Part shown: positions 37,045 to 52,505 of the stretch, one piece after another | How positions within the stretch are numbered: the stretch's first letter is position 1 | Layout: each line of letters opens with the position of its first letter | Assembly: GCA_951406725.2 (NCBI GenBank) | Contig: OX597821.1 | Location: 32,364,001 to 32,428,000 of the forward strand | DNA: 64,000 nucleotides | DNA from: Octopus vulgaris | Lineage: Eukaryota | Reading direction: 5' to 3' | Notes under the pieces: model-generated | Seen by the model: only the letters and a program-made list of their open reading frames with translations | Told to the model about the DNA's origin: nothing | The model's database searches: none | Made by a program: the position numbers and the translations under genes

Positions 37045-37629
37045 AGGCACAAAGCCCGAAATTTGGGGGCAGAGGTCTAGTCCATCACATCGACGCCGGT
37101 ACGCAACTGGTACTTAATTAATCGACCCCGAGAGGATGAAAGGCAATATCGACCTCGGCGGAATTTGAGCTCAGAACGATAAGACAAACGAAATACATCT
37201 AAGCCTTTCGCGCGGCGTGCTAAAGTTTCTTATTTCTTTATTACCCACAAGGGACTAAACATAGAGGGGACAAACAAGGACAGATAAACAGATAAACAGA
37301 TTAACTGGTATGTATATAATCGACCCCGAAAGGATGAAAGGCAAAGTCGACCTCGGCGGAATTTGAACTCAGAACGTACCGGCAGACGAAATACCTATTT
37401 ATTTACTACCCACAAGGTGATAAGCACAGAGTGGGCAAACAAGGACAGACAAACGGATTAAATCGATTACATCGACCCCAGTGCGTAACTGGTACTTAAT
37501 TAATCGACCCCCAAAAAGGATGAAATGCAAATTCGACCTCGGCGGAATTTGAACTCAGAATGTAACGGCAGACGAAATACCGCTCAGCATTTCGCCCGGT
37601 GTGCTAACATTTCTGCCAGCTCGCCACCT
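37045..37629 (-). mobile_element. SINE family B head-to-tail trimer
   Basis: Three central domains (near 37500-37550, 37320-37370 and 37120-37170) with junctions at ~37395 and ~37230. The last unit has the alternative tail. Confidence 0.9.
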
Positions 37630-37882
37630 TCGACGTTAATAGAAGTAAAGTAATTGAAGATGAAGTGTTTTGTCCGGCACGTATTGTGATATTCTGCTCC
37701 TCGACGAGTAGATACGATATGAAAACCGTCTAGCAATATTTGTTTTTGGCTGGTATATATTTAAAGCGTTCTTAGAATTTGCATATGTTTGTACGTGTGG
37801 GTACGTGTGTGCGTATGTGTGTGTGTGTGTGTGTTTGTGCTTGTGCTTGTGCGTGTATGTGTGGACATACATACATACATAC

Positions 37883-37922
<40 letters not shown>

Positions 37923-38468
37923 CGGAGATGTACTTGCATAACACGTGACCTGATGTGAGATCGTGTGCTGAAACAAAAACAATTGCAGCGTGGAAGGTGT
38001 TTATAAGCCATTATTATAAAGTCATGTATGGATGTGTGTGTGTCCGTGTGTCTATGTATTTGTGTATAAACACACATACATACATACATACATACATACA
38101 TACATACATACATACATACATACATACATACATACATACATACATACATACATACATACATGGAGATGTAAATGAACCACTGGGAGGAACATTTTGTGAG
38201 TTACCAAACCGGTTCACATCAAAATTTGTGAGTCTCTGGAATACACACAACAACTTCTGATAGATATCAACTTGCAGTTACCGCCATATAAGTTATAGCG
38301 GGTAACTACCATCCAAGTGGATGACAGGAGGAAATCACTTCGGGGTTAATAAGATTTCCGAGTAAGTATGCATGAACGGTGAGAGAAACTTAAGCTTCAT
38401 TATATAAATTTTCAGTGTAATTTCCAGCAAAAGTTCGAGCATACAAACATATTCACAAAGTTTTCCTA

Positions 38469-38632
38469 GGCGTAGGAGTGGCTGTGAGGTAAGTAGCTTG
38501 CTTACGAACCACATGGTTCCGGGTTCACTGCGAGACAACTTGGGCAAGTTTCTTCTACTATAGCCTCGGGCCGACCAAAGCCTTGTGAGTGCATTTGTTA
38601 GACGGAAATTGAAAGAAGCCTGTCGTATATAA

Positions 38633-38700
<68 letters not shown>

Positions 38701-38918
38701 ATATGTTTGTGTGTCTGTGTTTGTCCCCCCAGCATTGCTTGACAACCGATGCTGGTGTGTTTACGTCCCTGTAACTCAGCGGTTTGGTAAAAGATACTGA
38801 TAGAGTAAGTACTAGGCTTACCAAGAATAAGTTCTGGGGTCGATCTGCTCGACTTAAGGCGGTGCTCCAGCATGGCCACGGTCACATGACTGAAACAAGT
38901 AAAAGAGTAAAAGAGTAA
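38469..38918 (+). mobile_element. SINE family A, full length
   Basis: GGCGTAGGAGTGGCTGTG head, CTTGGGCAAG CORE-like motif, (TA)n and an AAAAGAGT tail. Confidence 0.9.
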
Positions 38919-41578
38919 GGTGAAATGTGGCCGACTTGACTGAAGAAATAAATAGGAATTTCCCTTCTCTCAATCACAAATTCTAAAAGAAATACTGTTT
39001 CGGCGAAGCCAAAATGACTTAGAGAATTCTTCATAATCTCAAGCGCAAATTTCGTATGTTAAGAAACATTAACATGTATTTTACCTTGCAACAAATTCAG
39101 GAATGGTGTATAAAATAGGGTATCCCATTTTTCTTCACTAGTGCCTGGACAAATTAGTGGAAATAAACATGCAGCTCTAAGATCGTATACCTTCCATAAT
39201 CTCTTTTAGGTGTGACATCTTTGAATCCTATTCAGTTGACCATTGAACGAAACAAGTTTATGCACTCGCTTCAGCACTATTTGCGTTGTTTGTGGAAACC
39301 GTATTACCAAGTACGACCAGCGAGTTCACAGGTGAAATATATACCTTCACAGGAATGGGTGGCGTGTCCTTGAACTTATCTAAGTTAAATCAATTTCAAC
39401 GTGCTACATTATGTGTATTCGGATTATGTGTATTCTCGCCACTCGTCACTTAGATCAAAGGATTCATTTCAGAGATGGTCTCCAGAACATTTAAACATGT
39501 GATAACAGCCATGGGATTAGGATTATTAATTAGGCTCAAAAGAACCAAATGTTTGCGTCAGCTTCATTGTGGAATACTGGACCATGAACCCCTGATTACA
39601 ATATTCGCGAATGAAGAAATTTATACTCTTAAGGAGTACAATTTCTGATGGCAACAGCCTCGACGTTGATGTAGCTGATTGCACAGTTGCAGCCTGCTGC
39701 AAGGGAAGGTATTGAAGTAGCTCAAATATCAACTGTAGAAACATTGTGCAATGTAATCGGTACCAAATACAAAGTGTGCTTAACAGAAATTCGACCCATT
39801 TTACTGTATTTTGACAACATCTATGTACTGTACTATAAGCAGATGAAGCATACTAAGCTGCCGCTGCTAGATGTATTGCCTATGGACATTTATTACCGAA
39901 ATTGTATCTCGAACTAGGTAAAGGCTGAAACTATCGCAGTTCGAGACGGCAACCAACAAATGACATATCAATGAGTTGGGAGGCTTGACTGTGACTGTTG
40001 CGACAAGACAGCGGCTGATTTAGAAATATATTGAAGAGCAATAAAGTCACCATAAATGTAAAGCTGAATTAGACGTGACAATTCGCCAGAGATGAAATGA
40101 AGGAAAACAACTCAAACAAATAAAAAACTGCACAATGCCAAGTGAGAGTATTTTGCAATATATGCCGTCATGTTTGCAAAAGCGCCTTCGGTGTACATTT
40201 CCACGAAGCGAAGCAAGGTCGATGGTGCTACTTCATTAATTTGTATGAAAATTACTTTTCTGTTTCTAAATCATTCACTATGGCGAGAAAGAACCGAAAA
40301 AATGAGAGAAGGTATGTAGAGAAATGTATGTTGTATTCGTGTGTCTGTTGTGGTGTGTGGAGATAAGGAGAGTGATGAAAAAGAGAGAGAGAAACAGAGA
40401 GAGACAGAGTTTGAAATAGATGGAGACAGAGAGAGACATTCAAAAGGCAGAGGGAGTAAGATGGTAAGGAGATGTGCAGAGTGAGAAAGCAAAAGAGAGA
40501 GAGAGAGAGAGAGAGAGAGACAAGCACATATACAGAGAGACTGGCATACAGCGAGTTGGAAAATAAAAAGTAGGTGAGGAAGAGAAGGGAGTGAAATAGG
40601 GAAGCAAGCAGGCGAGTAGACAGATAGTAGAGGAATAGATGTTTTTCTTTGTTGACTCGAAATAAACTGTTATTGTGGCTTATTCTATATCAGGAGAAAT
40701 GGCGAAACTATGCGAAAAGCGTTCTTGTCATGGCAGCCCTGAGGTTTTCTATAACGGAAGCTATATTAATTTAATATTGCGAAAGTCTTCAGAAAACAAC
40801 ATTTACATTAGGCACAAATACAGCTGTTGCGGTTAAGAAGATCGATTCGTTGATACGAAGTTCCAGGTTGAGTTCTCTTGCTTGCCGCTTATGAATCGTA
40901 TATATGTGAGTGTGTGCGTGTGTGGAAATTTATGTATGTCTATGTGTCGAGACTTATATATATGTATCTGCCTTTGTAGGTGTGTGGCGATTTGCATCCA
41001 TTTATCTCAAGTAAAATAAGTTGCTGTTTGAAATTAGTAGTGATATCGAAATGATAGATTGTAAGCTTTTGAAGTCGGTAGTATAATTCGACCAATCCAA
41101 TGACTGAAACCAATAAACGATGAAAATGATGAAATTCAATTCTCTTCATCCAGAAACAGGAACTGAAAAAAAAAAACTAAACCTGGATCATGGACTCATT
41201 GTTTTAAGGTCTAGTTTCTGGCTTCTTAGAAAATTAACCTTTTCTCTCAAATAATCGACTTAAGAATGTAATAGAAAATTTCATTTTCCTTATTATGTTT
41301 AGAAAGTTATATGAGGTGTTTATATTCAACAAATAGATTTGAGTGAACAGCAATTGAAATATTACAAGGAAATAAGAATAAAAAAGTACTTAATCCGTTT
41401 TTAATAGTTACAAAGTGAATGTGTCATTAACGTACTTAACTCTAACCGAAAGTTCGTTATTTCGTAAAATACCAAAAGGGTAGAGTATTCCGAATTAGCA
41501 GTAAGTTACATAAGGATAGCTGGTTTTCGAATATAGTCAGCTGGACTAGTGTATACATATTAATTATTAACCCATTTC

Positions 41579-42016
41579 GGATCTTTTCGGTTTGAACGGC
41601 AGTTTTTCTCTAGTGGTGTCATATGAAATTGTCACTCATAATTATGACCCTAGAATCGATCTATTGCATTTCAATCTCTTTTAGGGTTAGGGTTAGTTAG
41701 GGTTAGGGTTAGGGCTAGGGGTGGGGGAAGGGTATCTTTTTTTCTTCACAAATGTAAATAAACCCAACCTGTTTCTTGAACGAGGGACATATTCATACGG
41801 CACAGAATGCTTTTTAACTCAATAGATGTCGGTGATTGGTTGAAATTGCAGACATTGAAGAAAAAAACTACAAATATCTTACAAACTATAAAATTGTCTC
41901 AATAAAGCCAAGAGAAAAAGATGTTTTATAAACACATTCTACCAGTATACGAAGTTTAAAATTTTTTAGATACCTAGAATTTATGTTTAAAACTGCCGTT
42001 CAAACCGAAAAGATCC
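41579..42016. mobile_element. TTAGGG-bearing MITE (copy 3)
   Basis: TIRs GGATCTTTTCGGTTTGAACGGCAGTTTT / AAAACTGCCGTTCAAACCGAAAAGATCC; perfect TSD CCCATTTC at 41571-41578 and 42017-42024. Confidence 0.92.
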
Positions 42017-45000
42017 CCCATTTCTTGTAATGTTTTGCTTGGTTAATCTAAGCATGATAATATAACTTATAGATAAAATTATTCTCACAGTCTACATTAC
42101 ATTATGTACATCACACAAACGCTAATTATCAATAGAGGGCGCAAACAACCCAACGAATTTACATTCACATCACATGTTTGCTTTTGACACTCGTCTAGAG
42201 GAGATAACAATAGCAAACTCTATAACAATGCAATTGATGGATGATTCATACAGCCACCTTCTAACGACGATGAGAGAGACTTAGTAAAAATTATTAATCC
42301 ATATTTCGAATGGAATTTATTATGACAAAATAAATGACAAGATAAAAACAAAATAGAAAAGTCTTTGCTAGATTTATATGATTTACGTTTTTAATTCTAT
42401 AGCTCTGTTTCACGAAACATTTCGTAAACAAATATCTAACAGTAATTTTAACGTAAACATATTAAAAAAATATAAATCAGAGAAAATAATTTTTGAAAAC
42501 ATAAATTAATTTAATCACCGTAATGTTTGAATAGGAATATTAATTAAATTTATCCATTAACTCAACTGAAACATACAAAAAATTAATAAAATATTCTTCA
42601 AATAAAAATGGTTGTTTCATTAAAGAGAACTACGGAGAAATATTAACCAAATATAACATATATGAGAACTCGTTGAGAATAAAGTACCCAGATCAAATAA
42701 ATAAATATACATATAACATATACAAGAAATATATAAATAGTACGTACATTTAAATAACCTTCTTTCAGTCAACTCTCATAAAAGGAATGCAATTAAAAAT
42801 GGCTAGTAATGAACTGATCAAAGGGGTTTTATTTTATGTTTTTTGTTGTTGTTTTTTTTCTCAGACTTTGGTGAAATGTTTCCTCCACCTTTCATCTGTG
42901 TGTTCCACAATGATTTGTTTGGCAGAAATCAACAAATACCGGACAGTTACACAATGTGTAGTATACGAGAATGTGTTTGATTATGCGTTTCAAATATATT
43001 TATTATTGCACACCTCCTTTCATTCCAGCCAATGACATTTTTATTTCAATTTTAATACAGTTTATAGTATCACATAGACCAAAACCTAACTAATTACAAT
43101 AAATTATGTCATGTAAAATAGTATAAGGTAGTGCTTGGGTAAAACAGCTTCTAATGGTGTATTTCCTATAGGAAATAAAATCGTGTATTTATTTATGGGT
43201 TTCATACCTTCTGTCATATTTTATAATGGAAGCAAAATTAGTTTTATCCAATTTGATAAACATTTATTAATATCTGAGATAAAACAAAATTATATAGTAA
43301 AAGATTCCAAAATTTAATTGATTGGAGAAAATAGTAATTTCGAACTTCAGAAAACTACCTAATTTAATTGGAAAATCAATAATTTTGAGGGGAAAGTATT
43401 AATGGATGCCATCGACTCCAGGATTTAATTGGTACTTTCCTTTATCGACAACAAAAAGCTAAAAGACTAAACAGAACCCAGCATGAGTTGAAATAGTAAC
43501 TTTAAGCATACGAACAGATAATCTGAGACATTATTTTCACCTGCTCCCCAATTTTGGAATGTCAAAAACGTTTCCTAAAATCAATTGCAAATCAAAGTAT
43601 CTCTCATTGACAATTGTCATCTCATTTAAGTCTGATATACCAACATACAGGCCTTAGGCATGTTAAAATCTTCTCTAAATTTTCGATATTCCACTATGCG
43701 ATACTCAGTTGTGTAAAACGACGAATATAAGAGTTTTTTATGCACTTTAGTTCAGGAAATCAAAGTAGCAAAGTGACGTTTGACAAATTTGAGTGGCATA
43801 TTCTAATATGGATCGAACAAATATATTAAAATATGTATCAAAGTATATATTTTTATTTTCTTCTAAATAGTGGGAAAAGATAACAGAATCTTAGTTTATG
43901 GAATGGTCCAAAAATACCAATGTACTATTATACCTAAATCCTTAATATTGTTGTTGTATATGTGCCTACCAAGGAGAATGAAAAATATGTTTGACGTCAT
44001 AAATTGGCAACACTTTTATACCTCACAAGGAAAACACCAGCTCTAGTACTATCCCATTACAATTTCTAGGTTTCCACAATATCTTTCTTGAATCAACCCT
44101 CACATTTTTTCATCGCAAAATATATTTACACATTACTACACGCTACCCAATTCTGAGATTTAGAAAGGTCGTTGGAACACCTTTTTTGTACATGTGTATT
44201 ACTACGTACAGACTTCTGGAGTATAAAAATCAAATTTGCTGTCGACAAGTTTTTTTTTTATCGTAATTATTAAAAGATATAAATATATAATAGAAGGATA
44301 TTTCAATCGACATTCTCCTGTTTTTGTTGCTCCGCTGATGTTATCTTAGTAAATACATAAATATGAAAATCAAAAAATAACATTTGTTTTTAATATTTCA
44401 AAATTTATTCCGAAAACTCTTTCTTGAAAGAAAAATAGCGAGCTGCTATAATCCTCATGAGTTTTTGTTATTTTCTGCCTTTGTGAAAGTTTTACATACT
44501 ATATACTAATATTCTAAATTCTATGGAGAATATTTTAGAAGCTTCGGAGTTGTTTCTTCATAACACATTTAACTGTTAATTATGAAAACGAGTGAAAAAA
44601 AAACGATCAATACGAAAATAAGAAGCCGGTGTGTTGCCAATAGCAATTGCAGCAGTTTGTATTAATAATGTGTTGAAAAACGTTCAAAAGAATAATTAAA
44701 AACAAACTGGCAATGATAGAGACGGAAAGGAGCTGCAGAAGAGAGAAAGTTGGAGAATGTGAAGAGAATAAGTGAAGGTTATTTTATTTAGAGAATAAGT
44801 GAACGGATAAATAGATAACCAAAAGTGTGATGTAATAAACAGAGTCAAAATAAATTATAAAGTTTGTCAAACTATATTTGAAGAGCTTATAAACACTGCA
44901 GTTAGAATATTTCTAACACTTTCTATAAATATCGTGTTATTTGCTTTTCATACTTCCCATCGGCTTTTTCTAAAAAGAAAAAAAAAATAGTATTACTATG

Positions 45001-45115
45001 AAAATATTCGAATTGCTACAGATCATAATTTGATGAGTTGCTATTATTTTCAGGCGAAATGCGTTCCTAAATAAAAGTTGCTGGTTTTATTCTGTTTTCT
45101 CTGTGTGCGTTTGCT

Positions 45116-45191
<76 letters not shown>

Positions 45192-46097
45192 TATGTGTCT
45201 GTGTGTGTGTGTCTGTGTGTGTGTCTGTGTGTGTTTCTAAATGGTGCCATATCACACTGTTCACTTTACAATATGATATATGTTGTATGTTTTATCTATT
45301 ATTGGCTGTCTTACTTGTTAATTTTAAAATGCTGGTATTGCCTACTGTTACCTACCATCTGTATTATGTCTGTAAGTCATTTGTTTTTAACAAGTTACGT
45401 ATTAAGGAAAGAATCTAACTTGATAGCCATTATGTCTTTGAGATATTAGATATTAGACCAGTATTCTTGTTTTCGAAACACAAGCACAAAAACACAGACA
45501 AATATACACGTACACATAATTGCGTATGCGTTTGGTCGTATGTATATTTGAGTGCGCTGCATTTTTATTTATAGTTATTCATTAATATATTTCCGCCACA
45601 AAAAGAAAGCCATTTTCGATAAGCAAGTGTCTTAAACACGAACGTACATGTTAACGAAGAAGCAAATATACTGTGGAGAGAAGTGTCCTACGTTTCAGTA
45701 ATCAAGGACATTTATCTTTTTCCACTTTTTCAAGTGAATATAACACCCTGTGGTGCTAACAATTTATCATCCACATGGCGTTTCCTCCCACTAGAAACAG
45801 TAACTATATCGTCTTAAAAAGAGAAGGGTTAAAATAATAGTTTCACTTGAAAATAACTGAGACCATCACACTTCTGATTAAAGATCAGTTCGGTTAAAGT
45901 TGAGATGTGACTCAGCAACGAGAACAACAAATACACAATAGCCATGAATGCACATACACCCATCATGATCAATATCAAGAGTAGTCATCATTGTCTCGTT
46001 CTTTTTTCTTCTTCTTCAGCGCCATCGCCATCATTTTTATCATCACCACCGTCAATGCTTATATCCTCTCATTACCTCTAAAATGATGATAATTACG

Positions 46098-46300
46098 ATC
46101 TGGCAGAGTCGTTAGCACGCCGGGCGAGATTCTTAGCGGCATTCCGTCCGTCTCTACATAGTTCAAATTCTACAGAGGTCAACATCGCCCGTCTTCCTCT
46201 CGGGTTCGATAAAACAATTACCAGTTGAGCACTGGGGTTATATAATCGACTTAGCCTCTTCTTCCGAACTTGCTGGCCTTGTGCCAAAATTTGAAATCAA
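46098..46300 (+). mobile_element. Older SINE family B copy with alternative tail
   Basis: CTGGCAGAGTCGTTAGCACGCCGGGCG head, diverged central domain and tail GGCCTTGTGCCAAAATTTGAAA. Confidence 0.75.
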
Positions 46301-47929
46301 TAATTACTATCATCTTCATCATCATCGTGTGCACCTTAATTTAGAAACATTTGAATAGAAAACTGTTGAAGCAAAACTATTAAGATGTTTAAATACCACA
46401 ACGTTTGCATTGCCTTCCCTGGTTGCCTCAACTGTTTTAAATACATTAGTTCGGTTGTCAAAATGCTACTGAGACATCAATATAAAATCAGACGTTTCCG
46501 GAAGGAATTAGAAACATGAACAAGCATAGTGATATGTCAAATTTGGTGCCAATACCGTATAGTCTACTTAAAAAGGTGCCAACGATGGAGACATTACACG
46601 GTCGCCAGAACATTATACTCATTCTTAAATAATGCTAAATATTTTCGACTTTAAGCACTGCGGTGTCCAATTCCTTTAATGAACAAAATCCTACTTGATA
46701 TATTTATTGCTTACGTTGCTCAGTATTCCATTATGTGGTTTATTATTTAGGCCATCAAGATTTTATCAATATTCACACAAGGCACATTCAAAAGTACCAA
46801 TCACCTTATTTTTCACACACTACACCTACATGTTAGAAATACAGCCAAATCTTGCAATTATATAATTATATTTTACGTAAATGCAGATATATTAAACAAT
46901 GTAGTCTCTGATGTATAAAAACTAAATGGTCATGAATGGAATACACTTTGAAGTAAGTTTATTAAATCTGGGAATATCTAGAGCTAAAGAACAACGCACT
47001 TATTTTAGTACTCACACTTATGACAATTGTAAATCCTTCATGGAAGTAAACAAATTTCAGGAAGTTAAGAGATAGTTACCGCTTGAATCTTTTTTTATGA
47101 AATGTTTCCTCATTTAGAACTCAGCTTCAACAAAAGGAATTACATTACGCGGTCATTATAACATCATTACAAGCTTATTACAGGGTTGTTCAACGTACTA
47201 GAACTGTCAGCCAATTTTCTGAACCACACAACCAGCCGTTTTAAATAATATTCAACACTTTGGACTACGTAGTCACGGATATTTCATACAATTACAAAGG
47301 CAAACTACAAGAATCAATTCGCAGTGCTCTGAACAAAGACATTTCCTTCAGTTCGCCTTTAAAAAGTAAAACATAATAATTGATGTCATTCTAGCAATGT
47401 GCGGTGTTTCAAACATCTGGAACAGATTCAGGAACTGTTCATACTCTCGCTAGTCCAAAAGATATTAACCTACTGTTGTAGAAGTTGGGTATCAGCTGCA
47501 TCAACCTCACCAGTTGGGAAACGGGTCAGTAAAGGTGATTGTTACCGCCCCATATTTCCTGAATAATATATTCAAAGGAAACACGAAAATGAACTCTAAA
47601 GTGAATACGCAAGACCGAACAATAAACAAAAGAAAAGAAAATCGTAATTGTGGTATGGCTCAATATTCCATCCAACTTTATTCAATAAAACAATTTCACA
47701 ACGGAAGCTAAACATGAACATTGAAAACAACGATAATACGTAATGCAACACAAATAACAAGAATAACAACAACAGCAACAAAAAGTACAATATCAACGAG
47801 ATCAGCAACGTGAACGCTTAGAACAACAACAACAACGAGCCATAAAATCACAGACGAAAATAAAAATTAAAATCAGCATTGCTATCTCTACATCAGCTTT
47901 CCATAAAACACGCTATACTCATTATGACC

Positions 47930-47985
47930 ATATACATCACTACCACCACCACCATCATTATCACCATCATCATCATCACCATCAC

Positions 47986-48049
<64 letters not shown>

Positions 48050-48471
48050 GTGCGAAACAGCATCCGTAGTAAAATCATTACTATAACATGAAAGGCGTCA
48101 TCATAACTGATAAATATTTCTGCAATATTACCATTATTGTCGGCTTCGATATACTCAACATTATCATGATGATTATATTGATGTCCTCTTCATCATCATC
48201 GTCATCATCTCATCTTTTATTATGATCATCAACATCACTCTCATAATTTTTCTGATCATCATAATTTCCATTCATTCACACAACCATCATCATCATAATA
48301 ATAATCAGCAGCTTTGTCTTCAGCATCACATCTTTCATTATTGATATTATCCTAATTTTTCCTTACTACATCATCGTCGTCATTTTCATCATTGTAGCCG
48401 TCGTCATCATCGTCGACATCAACGTTTTAATCATCATCCTAATCACCATCACCATGATCATCAGCATCGTC

Positions 48472-48526
<55 letters not shown>

Positions 48527-48703
48527 CCATCTGAGCTGCATTAGCAGAGTCCTATTCATTAGCAACATAACCAACAGCAATATCAGCAGCAGCAGCAGCA
48601 GCAGTATAACTATTATCTTTGCAATTACTATCATAATTATCATCTTAATTGTAACCATTATCAAAATATCATCAACACCATCGTTATCATCATCACCATC
48701 AAC

Positions 48704-48789
<86 letters not shown>

Positions 48790-49097
48790 CAGTATCATAA
48801 TCATCATTAAGGTTATTGTAGTTGTTGTTGTTACCCTTGTAATTATCATCTACAGCCTACTTATTATTATCATATATATCTGCAACAAAATAATAAAATT
48901 TCGAGTCGAATAAAATGAAAATAATTAACAACACAAGATCAACACCAACAACAAGAGAATCAAAAACAAAGATACTACACGGCTCTGACTAAACAAAACT
49001 GAAAAACAAAATTGAAACATGACACATCGTTCAATGGAAAAAAATATATATATTATCCCAAAAGAAAAATCAAAATCAGAAGTACTGTATAAAATCG

Positions 49098-49157
<60 letters not shown>

Positions 49158-49171
49158 TAATAATAATGATG

Positions 49172-49253
<82 letters not shown>

Positions 49254-49384
49254 TAATAATAATAATAAAAATAATAATAATATTAATAATAATAATAATG
49301 ATAATGATAATAATAATGTAGAACAACAATGAAATAGAATGACGATGATGACAATAGTGATGATGGTGGTGATGTTGGTGGTGG

Positions 49385-49422
<38 letters not shown>

Positions 49423-49520
49423 GTGGTTGTTGATGATGATGAATAGGAGGAGGAGGAGGAGGTGGGTGGTTGTCACGGTGGTGTTGGTAGTTTTGTTGTG
49501 ATGATGATGATTATGATGAT
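47930..49520. repeat. Compound trinucleotide microsatellite field ((CAT)n, (AAT)n, (GAT)n, (CAG)n)
   Basis: Directly visible arrays interspersed with degenerate repeats. Confidence 0.9.
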
Positions 49521-50189
49521 GATAACCATGAAATTTTCGAAAACTATTTCAATCAATATTTTCGAATATCAATTTCCTATTTTTCACTTTGTGTACTTCT
49601 TTGTTTTTTGTTCATGTGAGTTTTATTGGCTTATTTGTAAAACTATTCTATAAAATATAAGAAAAATATATTTTATATACATTATGAAATAGAAAATAAT
49701 ATTCAGTATAAAACCATATAGTGTAGTATGACATTAAACAGAATGTGAAAACAAAGATAAATGTATAATATATAACAATAACATATTCTATTTATATTAT
49801 AAAACATTATATATTATATAAATGGATATTATAAATATGAAATAAATGCATAATACAAAATCGTATATAAAAATTTTATATGAAATATAAACTTCTGCGA
49901 TATTTTATAATAATAAAATGCAAGAATATGAAATATTATTTGAAAAATATATGGCGTTTTAGCTAACTTGTAGTAGTCTTTGCCTGCATTTAGATGTAAT
50001 ATTAATTTTTTTTAAATACTTGACGTTTCTAGTAAATAGTTTCTAAACTGGTGCCCCAGCATAGCCGCGGCCTTCGGGCTAAAACATTTTTAAGGATTTA
50101 AGGATTTAAAACTCTCTAAGGGGTTTTCATTAGAAATACGACGAATATCACTTCAATAGTGTAATTAAAAATTTGAGATATTGGTGTAA

Positions 50190-50600
50190 TAAGTCTAGAC
50201 CATTGTGTGTTACTAGTACAGAAACCCCTATATTATGGTTACTATCAATATCCACATAAAAACTTCATTGCAATTTTTCTTCAAACTGAAAAAGATATTA
50301 TCATCAAAAAGTATTGTCTTTTGGACAATCAATATAGTAATGATCAGTATAGGGGAATATTATATCAAAGATCTTTACACCTTTTAGGAGCAAAGAGATC
50401 GTTATGGAGATATTATGCTCCACTCTTTCGAACAGAGAAAAATCCCTCTTTCGATTCATCATCAATGTTATTAAAAACTGATTGTTGATATGTTGGTGAT
50501 CCAGATCTGTAAGACGGTGCCTTGTATTCTTTTCGAAATAACTGATCCTAATAACATTTTTACTTATTTTTCTATATATACTAAAGTGGAATCTAGTAAG
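50190..50600 (-). mobile_element. Decayed RTE-like ORF C-terminal region
   Basis: Minus strand LLGSVISK (cf. YLGSxIS), KV*RSLI...SPIL (cf. KLYxSLVxSILLY) and LKKNC (cf. FExKC). Confidence 0.4.
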
Positions 50601-50618
50601 ATATTTTCTGTTTTAATC

Positions 50619-50699
<81 letters not shown>

Positions 50700-50819
50700 G
50701 ATTATTATTATTTTCATTCTCATCTTTCAATTTTTTTTCCATTTCTTGCCGAGTGTCTTCCTGACATCTAGGGCAGAGAAACGCATTGTATACATTGGTA
50801 GACCATTAAAATAACATGC

Positions 50820-50903
<84 letters not shown>

Positions 50904-51664
50904 GGCTTGATTCTAAAAAGTACATTCCATTCTGTTGCATTTCGTACGTTATTTAACGTCGGAATGTATTAATATTTATCCAATCATTAAGAATTTGTAT
51001 AAGAGTTATGTAGCTTTTCAAGGAGTTCCTTATTTAGAATATATTGGAAATTAATCAAGTAAGTTATTGATAATATCGTTCTGACCATGCCAAGAGTTCG
51101 AGATCAAAATTTTCTGTCGATCGATTTTGGGGTTTAGAAATCATGACGTTTCTTTCCTATACTCTTTGAAAACCTTTTAGCTCACATTCCGTTTCCTCAA
51201 TATGACATATTTACGTATTCTCAGACTGAATTACAAAACTTATTCTCTAAAATGTGTGAGACTTTTTTTTCTTTTTCGCTTTTCGGTATATATTTTTGTA
51301 TTCGTTGAGATTGCTCTACAGGTAAAGTACAAATATATGCCTGATCGATTTTACAAAAATGTGAAAAATCTACTATATAAAGAAAAGAGATGTAAATATT
51401 ATAATTTATGTTTTCGTGCTTTTCAATTTTTTTTCTATTGTGCCATTTAATATTTGTGGAAATTTATTCTGCAAGAAGAAAAGAGGAAATAATGAATTTA
51501 GGAAAAATAATTCACAGTAGGATATATATAAAAAGAAAACATACGAAATTTTTTTTAAATTTCAGGTAAAAATTCAAGTATAAAAATCATCAATAACATA
51601 ACACCTATACCATACAAAGATGAAATATATAGTAAACGTGAAATATTATATTAAATATGAAATA

Positions 51665-51740
<76 letters not shown>

Positions 51741-51973
51741 AAGAATATATCATTAAAACTTTCAGTGAAGTCTACTAATAATTGCAACAATAAAGTTGTA
51801 GCTTTAATACCGAGTATTTGTAATACAAATACAAATGTAAACCAAAAGCAGAGGAACAGATTTTTAAAAATTGTGCCTACGCAAATGTAGCAAATCTTCA
51901 CACTGTCCACGAATTATTGTCGTGAAACTGGTTAAGTTTATTAGACCCAAATAACTTCAGTGTGTGTGTGTGT

Positions 51974-52018
<45 letters not shown>

Positions 52019-52050
52019 TGTGAGTGTGCGTGCATTTTTGTGTGTGTCTA

Positions 52051-52253
52051 TACTGGGGGGGTTGCAATGTTCCTAGCTTTGAGTAAAAGAAAATAGAAGA
52101 GGATCAGTTGATTATGATTTTATTCAACATATTCCCATCACAGAATCACAAACACGTTGCGGCGATCCTAGTAAAAGAACACGAAATGTTGAGCATCCGC
52201 TCAAGCCCTTCGCAATATCCCTGAAGTCAGGAACTTTTCAGCACCCCTTCATA
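52051..52253. mobile_element. Mariner-type MITE
   Basis: TA-flanked degenerate TIRs: TACTGGGGGGGTTGCAATGTTCCTAGCTT and the reverse complement of TATGAAGGGGTGCTGAAAAGTTCCTGACTT. Confidence 0.6.
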
Positions 52254-52259
52254 TGTGTA

Positions 52260-52260
52260 T

Positions 52261-52341
<81 letters not shown>

Positions 52342-52356
52342 AAGTAAGATAGATAT

Positions 52357-52417
<61 letters not shown>

Positions 52418-52418
52418 C

Positions 52419-52505
<87 letters not shown>
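52260..52505. repeat. (AGAT)n microsatellite
   Basis: Directly visible; a similar array lies at 60155-60250. Confidence 0.95.

Noticed and set aside
37945-37985. CTGATGT...GAAAC as a hammerhead
   Set aside because: Core mismatch, weak stem II and no NUH site with stem III.
39000-39920. Complex-looking sequence as an exon cluster
   Set aside because: No sustained frame; faint resemblance to a CR1/L2-type ORF2 end (LPSEIV..KSIN) suggests an old LINE relic, too weak to annotate.
41680-41730. True telomere or telomere-fusion site
   Set aside because: Only a few TTAGGG units, at the same position inside each MITE copy.
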